A DNA stretch of 32,000 nt. Source: Gordonia phage AnClar. The notes below the pieces were generated by a model that did not search any database, was not told where the DNA came from, and saw nothing but the letters and a program-made list of their open reading frames with translations. Below are positions 15,482-23,400 of the stretch, in pieces. Position 1 is the first letter of the stretch, and each line of letters starts with the position of its first letter. Location of the stretch: sequence record MN908693.1; one strand, 5' to 3'. The position numbers and the translations under genes were made by a program.

Positions 15482-16294
15482 ATGGCAACCTTCCCCATCG
15501 TGAAGGGAACCCGGCTGCGGGCCACCAAGATCAACAGCTGTGGTCTGCCGATCGCCGGTCCTGCGAACTACCTGGTGACCGACGGGTTCGTCACCGCGAC
15601 CGTCTCGGCTGTCATGAAGGACGCCGAGGAGCTGGAGCAGACCAACGCCGAGGGCAAGGTCTGCGTCACCGACCGCACCCCGCCTGAGCGGAAGTACTAC
15701 ACGACCGAGATCGAGCTGTGCAACGTCAACACCGGCCTGATCACCATGTTCAACGGCTGGGAGCAGGTGCTCGACTGGGACGACGTCCCTGTCGGCTTCC
15801 GCGACCAGGCTGAGGTCGAGTCCGACTACGGCGTGGCCCTGGAGATCTGGACCGGCGGCAAGGCCGAGGACGACTGCCCGACCCCGGCCAACGACTCGAT
15901 CTTCTCGGCGGCCAGCTCGGGCAAGTCCTACGGCTACCTGCTCATCGGTGCCACCGAGTTCACCCTGGGCGACGTCGAGATCGGCGCGCAGGTCTCGACC
16001 CTGACGCTCTCGGGCATCTCGGTCGCCATGCCTCAGTGGGGCCGTGGGCCGTGGAACGTCGCGGCCACCGACGCCGCTGGCACCCCCGGTCGCCTGCTCA
16101 CGCCGCTCAACAACAAGAGCCACTTCACGATGTTCCGCACCCCGGTGGCACCGCCCGAGATCACGCCGGGCGCGAACCCCTGCCCGCTGGCCATCTCGAC
16201 GGTGTTCACTGCGCCGGACTTCTACTTCGGTGGACCGGCCAACGAACCGGCAGCCGACATCGCGCCGCCTCAGGCTGCGTGCGTGGCCCCTTAG
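15482..16294 (+). CDS. Major tail protein
   Basis: ATG 15482 inside track ORF 15413..16294. 'MATFPIVKGTRLRATKINSCGLPIAGPANYLVTDGFVTATVSAVMKDAEELEQTNAEGKVCVTDRTPPERKYYTTEIELCNVNTGLITMFNG' resembles actinobacteriophage major tail proteins. Confidence 0.82.
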   Translation: MATFPIVKGTRLRATKINSCGLPIAGPANYLVTDGFVTATVSAVMKDAEELEQTNAEGKVCVTDRTPPERKYYTTEIELCNVNTGLITMFNGWEQVLDWDDVPVGFRDQAEVESDYGVALEIWTGGKAEDDCPTPANDSIFSAASSGKSYGYLLIGATEFTLGDVEIGAQVSTLTLSGISVAMPQWGRGPWNVAATDAAGTPGRLLTPLNNKSHFTMFRTPVAPPEITPGANPCPLAISTVFTAPDFYFGGPANEPAADIAPPQAACVAP

Positions 16295-16309
16295 GAGCCC
16301 CGGTGATCA

Positions 16310-16331
16310 CCGATGACTCACCCGTCATCGG
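16310..16331 (+). repeat. Inverted repeat with 8-bp stem
   Basis: CCGATGAC (16310-16317) tcaccc GTCATCGG (16324-16331). Confidence 0.7.
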
Positions 16332-16359
16332 GGCTGACTTCGTAATCACGTAGCTCCAT

Positions 16360-16390
16360 CGAGGGGGCACCCCGACCGGGTGTCCCCTCG
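16360..16390 (+). terminator. Putative terminator/processing hairpin
   Basis: 13-bp stem CGAGGGGGCACCC (16360-16372) / GGGTGTCCCCTCG (16378-16390), 5-nt loop CGACC, one G-U pair. No T-tract. Confidence 0.7.
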
Positions 16391-16410
16391 ACCACGTCTG
16401 AGGAGGGCCA

Positions 16411-17775
16411 GTGGCCTACAACCGACCGACCATCGTCACCGGGGTCACCCGCGCCACCAAGGCGTTCTTCGACAACCTGTTCGACGGCATCGACGAGCGC
16501 ATAACCGAGGCTGACGCCGACGAACGCTTCGCGCGGGTCGGGCAAGGGTCGGTGGGCAAAGTCGCCACAGTAGAGCCGCAGGTGGTCACCAACTTCGAGC
16601 AAGGCCACGGGTGGACCGTGAACTCTGCTGGCGGCGCAACGATCACTCTGAACGACGCCACCGACCACGCGTACGGCGCGCAGTCAGTCAAGATCGTGAC
16701 CAGCGGCACCGGCAGCACGCATGCGCTCACGTCGACCGCTGTCGCTGCGATCGACGCCGACGCGCAGATGTTCGTTGTGTGGGTGCGGTTCGACGAGGTC
16801 GACAAGATCGCCCGCATCCGATTGATGGCATCGCCCGACGCAGGGTTCACGAATTTCTGGACGTTCGAGTCGGTGATCTCGTCGTCGGGCATCCCTGAGG
16901 TGCAGCGGCCATTCAAGCATGGCGAGTGGGTACCGATTGGCCTGCCGTGGAGCGTGGCTACCGCGACCGGCGCACCGGCCAAGACGGGCCTTACATTCCT
17001 GCGGGTGTTGATCAATGACCGAGCCGCAGGCGCAACGACGATTCGCCTCGGGCGCGTCAGCTACCGGGCAGCGCCCAAGCCGTACCCCAACGGCGTGCTG
17101 GTCGCTACCTACGACGACTCGGACCTGTCACACTACACCGTCGCCCGCGCACACCACGACAAGCACGGCACCGCCGGTGTCATGTTCCCGATCCTCGAAT
17201 GGATCGGCCAGGCTGGAAAAATAACCCGCGCGCAGATTGACGAGATGGTGTTTCGCAGCGGGTGGGAAGTCGGCGGGCACGCCGACACGTACGCGAACCA
17301 CGTGAAGTCGGTGACCGGGATGACAGCAGCTGAGCTGCGGTCAATGTGCGCGGCGATTAAGGCCGACCAGATGGAGCACGGTTACGTGTCCAACGCGTTC
17401 GCCTACCCGAACGGCACCGTGGACGCGGCTGCCGAGCTTGAGCTGCGGAAGTATTTCAGTATCGGGCGCCTCGCGTTGGGGCGATTCTCCGGCGGCGGTG
17501 CCGACGACCAGCAGGTGCCTGTGCTGCCGATGCGCCTGTACGGGCAGTCGTGCGGCAATCTGACTGTCGCGCAGGTGACTGGGGAAATTGACCGAGCCGT
17601 GGCTAACGGGTCGCTGCTCACGCTGCTGTTCCACGCGCTTGTTGAGACCAAGGTGACGGCCAACGACACCACGATCGCCAACCACGCCGCCATCATCGAC
17701 TACGCTGCGCAGTCCGCTATCGCCATCCGCACCCCCGAGCAGCTGCGGAGTGCAGGGATCGCACTCGTCGCCTGA
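16411..17775 (+). CDS. Polysaccharide deacetylase (NodB-like) domain virion-associated protein
   Basis: 454 aa, GTG start with AGGAGG upstream. C-terminal half carries 'GVLVATYDDSDLSHY', 'SGWEVGGHADTYANHV', 'NAFAYPNGTVD' and 'LLTLLFHALVE', which parallel NodB motifs. Confidence 0.75.
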   Translation: MAYNRPTIVTGVTRATKAFFDNLFDGIDERITEADADERFARVGQGSVGKVATVEPQVVTNFEQGHGWTVNSAGGATITLNDATDHAYGAQSVKIVTSGTGSTHALTSTAVAAIDADAQMFVVWVRFDEVDKIARIRLMASPDAGFTNFWTFESVISSSGIPEVQRPFKHGEWVPIGLPWSVATATGAPAKTGLTFLRVLINDRAAGATTIRLGRVSYRAAPKPYPNGVLVATYDDSDLSHYTVARAHHDKHGTAGVMFPILEWIGQAGKITRAQIDEMVFRSGWEVGGHADTYANHVKSVTGMTAAELRSMCAAIKADQMEHGYVSNAFAYPNGTVDAAAELELRKYFSIGRLALGRFSGGGADDQQVPVLPMRLYGQSCGNLTVAQVTGEIDRAVANGSLLTLLFHALVETKVTANDTTIANHAAIIDYAAQSAIAIRTPEQLRSAGIALVA

Positions 17776-17803
17776 CCGCACTCAAGAACGGTACGGTGAG
17801 CGC

Positions 17804-18550
17804 ATGAGTTGCGACTGGCCGGTGGACGAGGCGTGCCTGCCCGCGCTGCCCGAGCTGCCCGAGGACCCGACGCCCCAGCAGCAAGCCGACCACGACGCCG
17901 CAGTCATGCGGCGCGAGGGCGCGACCGCCCTGGCCGTCTCGGTCATGTGGGCGCTGAGCGGTCGGCAGTTCGGCGTCTGCGCCACGATCGCCCGGCCCTG
18001 CCCGCCCGGCTCGGTGCAGTCGGTGTGGGGCGGGTTCCCGGTCCTCGTCTGGGACGGCGGCAACTGGCAGAACGCGGGCTGTGCGTGCGTCGGCAGCTGC
18101 CAGTACTCAGGCCCCCGCAAGCTCCACCTGCCCGGCCCCGTCCAGTCAATCGTCACTGTGTCGATAGGCGGCGTGGACGTGCCCGAGGCGCGCTACACGC
18201 TGCAGGGCGACGTGCTCTACCTCGACCGCGACTGGCCCTCTCAGGACCTCGGTCGGCCCCTGGGCGAGCCGGGCACCTGGTCGGTCACCTACGAGCGCGG
18301 GCTGCCGGTCCCGCCCGGCGTCGACCGGCTCACCGGCCTGCTCGCCGCTGAGTTCGACAAGGCGTGCAGCGGCGACAGCAAGTGCCGCCTGCCGCGCCAG
18401 GTGACCGCGATGACGCGGCAGGGTGTGAGCTATCAGATGTACGACCCCGCGACGATCTACGCCAACGGCAAGACCGGCCTCGCCGAGGTCGATATGTGGC
18501 TCGCCGCCATCAACCCGCACCACCTCATGCAGCGCCCGGTGGTGCTGTGA
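17804..18550 (+). CDS. Head-to-tail adaptor-like protein
   Basis: ATG 17804 within track ORF 17750..18550. 'MRREGATALAVSVMWALSGRQFGVCATIARPC...WNAGCACVG' style and 'GLLAAEFDKACSGDSKCRLP' match actinobacteriophage adaptor proteins. Confidence 0.72.
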   Translation: MSCDWPVDEACLPALPELPEDPTPQQQADHDAAVMRREGATALAVSVMWALSGRQFGVCATIARPCPPGSVQSVWGGFPVLVWDGGNWQNAGCACVGSCQYSGPRKLHLPGPVQSIVTVSIGGVDVPEARYTLQGDVLYLDRDWPSQDLGRPLGEPGTWSVTYERGLPVPPGVDRLTGLLAAEFDKACSGDSKCRLPRQVTAMTRQGVSYQMYDPATIYANGKTGLAEVDMWLAAINPHHLMQRPVVL

Positions 18551-19098
18551 TGACCTCCGCTGAGCCGATCTGCACCGACCCGGTCGACGCGGTCATCGCC
18601 GCGTTCACCGCCGCCATGCGCGACGCTTTCCAGCCCGATAGCGAGTGCCCGCCGATGGACGGCGGCTCGACCGACGTCCGGCTGTTCGCAGGCGACGGCA
18701 TCCCGTTGGCCGCGTGGAACGCCCACGCCGACGGCGACGACTGCGCCTCGCCGTTCCTGTGGGTCCGGCTCATCCGCCGGTACCGCACTCAGCAGTTCCC
18801 GACGCCGGTCATCGACACCAGCCCCTGCACCGCCCCGCGAGCTGTGGCCATCGAGGTCGGCGTGGGCCGCTGCGCGGTGGTCGACCGCAGCCCCTCGTGG
18901 GAGGACTACGACCGCGAGGCGCAGACGTCCATCGACGACGGCTGGCGCATCGAGCTGGCGCTGTGCCGCGCCCGCTCCCTGATCACCCAGGTTCGTCCGC
19001 CGCTGGCCAGTGCGTTCGGCTCGGACGTCATCGTGCCCTACGGTCCCGAGGGCGGGGTGGTCGCAATGACCGGGATCGCATACGTCCAGATCGACTGA
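18550..19098 (+). CDS. Head-tail connector / tail-terminator-like protein
   Basis: ATG 18550 (TGATG overlap) within track ORF 18364..19098. Assignment rests mainly on position. Confidence 0.5.
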   Translation: MTSAEPICTDPVDAVIAAFTAAMRDAFQPDSECPPMDGGSTDVRLFAGDGIPLAAWNAHADGDDCASPFLWVRLIRRYRTQQFPTPVIDTSPCTAPRAVAIEVGVGRCAVVDRSPSWEDYDREAQTSIDDGWRIELALCRARSLITQVRPPLASAFGSDVIVPYGPEGGVVAMTGIAYVQID

Positions 19099-19108
19099 GG
19101 AGAGCACC

Positions 19109-19438
19109 ATGGCAGGACGCAAGGTCACCATCGAGGGGTCGCTGACCCCGAGCGTCGAGCTGGCGCGCGGCGAGAAGCGCGTGGTCACGATGACCCCGCG
19201 CATCGAGCGGCTCGCAGCTCGCGGCTTCATCAACATCATCGAGTCGGAGTCCGACGCCCCCGAGCCTGCCGACGCTCCCGAGGCGAACCCCGACCAGCTC
19301 GACGAACTCGTCGAACCCAAGGCCAACGCCAGCCGCCCCAAGTGGGCAGCGTGGCTCGACCACCAGCAGCTGGACTACACCGACGACCACACCCGCGATG
19401 ACCTCGTGGGCATCTGGCAGGCGAGCCAGCAGGCATGA
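19109..19438 (+). CDS. Hypothetical connector-region protein
   Basis: 109 aa between connector and gp10-like genes; C-terminal helical segment 'SRPKWAAWLDHQQLDYTDDHTRDDLVGIWQA'. Confidence 0.5.
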   Translation: MAGRKVTIEGSLTPSVELARGEKRVVTMTPRIERLAARGFINIIESESDAPEPADAPEANPDQLDELVEPKANASRPKWAAWLDHQQLDYTDDHTRDDLVGIWQASQQA

Positions 19439-19848
19439 GCACGCCCCGGATCACCGCACGGTTCGACATCAATCAGGCCGCCCTCGCCGCCGAGGTCGGC
19501 CCGATGCTCCGTGCGAGGGTCCGGGACCTCACCCGCAAGATCGCCAACCAGGCCCGGCAGCGCGTCCCGGTGCGCACCGGCAACCTGGGCCGCTCGATCC
19601 TGGAGGACCCCGTCACGATGGCGGGGCCGTTCCGGGCTGAGGGCGGCGTCACCGCGCACGCCCACTACGCCGCCGCCGTCGAGATGGGCAGCCGACCCCA
19701 CCTCATCCGGGCGCGCAACGCCGAGGTGCTGCGCTTCAACGCCGGGGGCCGGACCATCTTCGCCACCGAGGTCCACCACCCCGGCACCCGGCCTCGCCCG
19801 TTCCTGCGCAACTCAGCCGACCAGGTGATCGCCGACGAGACCCGATGA
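19435..19848 (+). CDS. HK97 gp10-like tail completion/connector protein
   Basis: 137 aa, 'ARQRVPVRTGNLGRSI...AHYAAAVEMGSRPHLIR...HPGTRPRPFLRNS' is the gp10-like signature. Confidence 0.82.
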   Translation: MSTPRITARFDINQAALAAEVGPMLRARVRDLTRKIANQARQRVPVRTGNLGRSILEDPVTMAGPFRAEGGVTAHAHYAAAVEMGSRPHLIRARNAEVLRFNAGGRTIFATEVHHPGTRPRPFLRNSADQVIADETR

Positions 19849-19893
19849 CGGTGGTATTCTCGCGCTCGTCTGCACATCTGCGAAGGGCCTCGA

Positions 19894-20457
19894 ATGACCA
19901 CCTACTCGGCTGACGACCTGCTCACCGAACAGACCGACGACCCCGGCACTCCCACCAGCGACGACGTGTTCACCAACATGCGCACGAGTCCGGCGAGCGA
20001 GCCGCAGCCGACCACGGTCGAGAAGATGCACGCTGTGCAGGAGGGGCCGGTCGTCACCGGCGAGGGTCCGCAGCCGACGAACAAGACCGAGCCGGTCGAG
20101 GGCGAGGTCGTCCGCCGCGACGAGGTCGCGCTGCCCGGCGAGTGGGCGCACGAGAAGCTGGAGTTCAAGGGCGACGTCCTGGAAGTCCGCGCCCCGACCG
20201 ACCAGGCGCTCACCGCGTTCTCGCTGGCCTCGGGGCGCTACGTGCCCATGGAGATCAAGAACGACATCGTCGGCCTGTTCGTCGCCAAGCACCTCAGCAG
20301 CGACAGCTACGGCAAGGTGTTCTCTCGGCTCATGGACCCCGACGACACCGACTACAACCCCGAGACCATCGGCGAGCTGATGCGAGCCATCGTCGGCATC
20401 TCGATCGAGCAGCGCAAGGCGGCCGAGAAGGCCGCCGCTGCCACCCCTCCCGCCTAG
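19894..20457 (+). CDS. Tail assembly chaperone candidate
   Basis: 187 aa directly upstream of the tape measure; 'SGRYVPMEIKNDIVGLFVAKHLSSDSYGKVFSRLMDPDDTDYNPETIGELMRAIVGISIEQRKA'. Position-based assignment. Confidence 0.65.
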   Translation: MTTYSADDLLTEQTDDPGTPTSDDVFTNMRTSPASEPQPTTVEKMHAVQEGPVVTGEGPQPTNKTEPVEGEVVRRDEVALPGEWAHEKLEFKGDVLEVRAPTDQALTAFSLASGRYVPMEIKNDIVGLFVAKHLSSDSYGKVFSRLMDPDDTDYNPETIGELMRAIVGISIEQRKAAEKAAAATPPA

Positions 20458-20493
20458 CTGTGTATCGGGGTTGTGGCACTGTAGCCTGACCCT

Positions 20494-23400
20494 GTGACCT
20501 CACCCGCTGGCTCTATCGGCATCGGCGTATCCATTGACGCCTCCGACATCGCCAGCGACATCACCCGCGCCGTCACCTCTCAGCTGCGCCCGGTCATCGC
20601 CGCGCTGCAGGGCGACATCTCGCGGCTCACCCGCAGCCTCGGCGACATCGACAGCTCGGGCATCGACCGGGCCTCCGACGGCATGGACGACCTGCGCGGG
20701 TCCACCGACCGGGCCACCGACTCCACAGACCGCGCCGCGCGCTCGGCTGAGGAGCTGCGCGCGGCCCTCAACCGAGTCGACGCCAGCTCCATGCGCGACA
20801 TCGTGCGCGGTGCCGAGAACGCCCAACAGGAGCTGGAGCAGCTCGACGCCACTCAGCTCGACGCGCTCATCCGCGAGGCCCAGCGGGCCGGTCAGAACAT
20901 CGGCCAGCAGCTCGGGGCCGGGGCCTCGCAGGCGCAGCGCGAGCTGGCTCAGCTCGACCAGGCCGGACTCGACCAGCTCATCCGCAACGCCCGGCAGGCC
21001 CGCGACGCCCTCAACGAGGTCGAGCAGGAGGCCGAGGACACCGGCAACGCGGGCAGCCAGATGGGCGACAAGCTCAAGGGCGCGGCGGGCAAGATCGCCG
21101 GGCTGACCGCTGGCCTCGTCGGCGTCGGCGGCGCGATGGACCTCGCCGCCTCAGCCATCGAACAGAACTCCCTGGGCAACCGGCTCCAGGCCCAGCTCGC
21201 GCTCACCACCGAGGAGGCGGCGCGCGCCGGTCGGCTGACCGGCGAGCTGTACGCGGGCAACTTCGGCGGCTCGGTCGAGGAGGTCAACGCCGCCGTCGGC
21301 GCGGTCCAGTCGACCATCGGTCGGCTCGGTGAGGACAGCGACGAGGCGTTCAAGGCGATGACTGCGAGCGCGCTCACCATGGCCGACGTCTTCGAGATCG
21401 ACGTCGCCGAGAGCACGCAGACCGCCAACAACCTCATCCGCAACGGGCTGGCCAAGGATGGCACCGAGGCGATGGACCTGCTCACCGCCGCGATGCAGCG
21501 CGTCCCGGCGAACCTGCGCGGCGAGATATTCCCGGTGATGGACGAGTACTCGACGTACTTCCAGTCCATCGGGTTCTCCGGCCAGGAGGCCATGGGGATC
21601 ATCGTGAACAGCTCGCAACAGGGCCAGATCGCGATGGACAAGGCCGGGGACGCGATCAAAGAGTTCGGCATCCGGGCCACCGACCTGGGCGACAAGGGCG
21701 CGATGGACGCCATCGCCTCGCTCGGTCTCAACAGCCAGCAGATGGCCACCGACCTGCTCGCGGGCGGCGACACCGCTCAGCAGGCGTTCGACAAGATCGT
21801 GGACGGTCTGCTCAAGATCGACAACCCCGCTGAGCAGGCAGCGGCGGCGGTGGCGCTGTTCGGCACCCCGCTGGAGGACCTCGACAAGGCGAAGATTCCG
21901 GGGTTCCTGCAGGGGCTGTCATCCGGCGAGGACGCCATGGCTGGGTTCGCGGGGTCGGCTCAGCAGATGAGCGACACCATGGGAACCGGCCCGGCGGCTG
22001 CGATGGAGACGGTCAAGCGCTCCATCGAGCAGGGCCTGATCGGCGCGCTCGGCACAGCCTCACAGTGGATGGTCGAGAACAAAACCACCGCGCTCATCCT
22101 CGCCGGTGCGATCGGCACCCTCGGCGCGGCGTACGTGGCCTACCGGACCATCGCCGGGGTGGCGGCTGTGGTGACCGGCGTGACCACCGCGCTGCGCGGC
22201 CAGGCCATCGCTACGACCGCCGCCGCTGGCGCTCAGCGGGCCTACACGGCGACAACGGCCATCATGACGGTGGCTCAGCGCGGTATGGCGATTGCCTCGA
22301 CCGTGGCGGCCACAGCGATGCGCGGGCTGAGCCTGGCGTTCCTGGCCAGCCCCATCGGCTGGATCGTGCTCGCCATCGGCGCGGTCGTCGGCGCGCTCGC
22401 GCTGTTCTTCACCAAGACCGAGATGGGTAAGCGCGTCTGGCAGCAGCTCATGGAGTGGGTGCAGATCGCGTGGGAGGGGATCAAGACCGCCATCGTCGGG
22501 GCCTGGCAGAACTTCATCTGGCCCGCCCTGCAGGCTATCTGGAACTTCATCACGAATACCCTCGTCCCGATATTCGTGTTCCTGTGGCAGCAGGTCATCG
22601 TGCCCGCCTGGAACGCAATTGCGAACGTCATTTCGCAGGTGTGGACGAACTGGATCATGCCGGTGTTCACGGCTATCCACAACTTCATCGTCAACGTGAT
22701 CGCGCCCGCCCTCATCTGGTGGTGGCAGAACGTCACGGTGCCGGTGTTCAACGCCATCGCTGCGGTCATCTCGGCGGCCTGGAACAACTTCATCAAGCCG
22801 GTGTGGGACGCCTTTGTCTGGGTCCTGCAGAACGTGCTCGCGCCCCTGTTCGGCTGGCTGTGGAACACCATCATCGCGCCGGTCATGCAGGGCATCGGCG
22901 CGACGATCTCGTTCGTCTGGAACAACGTCATCAAGCCGATATGGGACGGGTTCGTCTGGCTGCTGCAGAACGTTCTCGCGCCGGTGTTCGGCTGGCTGTG
23001 GAATACCATCATCGCGCCCGCAATGCAGGGCATCGGGATGGTTATCTCGGGCGCGTGGAATAACGTCATCAAGCCGGTCATCGACTTCATGCTCGGCGGC
23101 TGGCGCTCGATCGGCGACGCTATCAAGTTCGCGTGGGAGAACGTTATTCGCCCGGTGTGGAATGCGCTCGGCGACGCCATTTCCTGGGTCTGGGAAAACG
23201 TCATCCGCGTGGCGTTCGACGCAATCAAGACCGCGCTGACCTCGGTCGGGGACTTCTTCTCCGACACGGTCGACGGCATCGGTCGGGTGTGGGACGGCCT
23301 CAAGTCGCTGCTCGCCAAGCCGGTCAACTTCATGATCGGCACGGTCTACAACAACGGCATCCGCAAGGCGTGGAACGTGATCGCTGGGTTCATCCCCGGC

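Noticed and set aside
19849-19893. Extended -10-like 'TGGTATTCT' upstream of the tail chaperone gene as a promoter
   Set aside because: No matching -35 about 17 bp upstream and only a partial -10 match; too weak to report as a feature.
20142-20489. 115-aa frame-3 ORF as a possible tail chaperone T partner
   Set aside because: The upstream portion looks like an out-of-frame translation of the 19894 gene, and the unique portion past 20457 is only about 11 aa with no canonical slippery heptamer. Kept only as a testable question.
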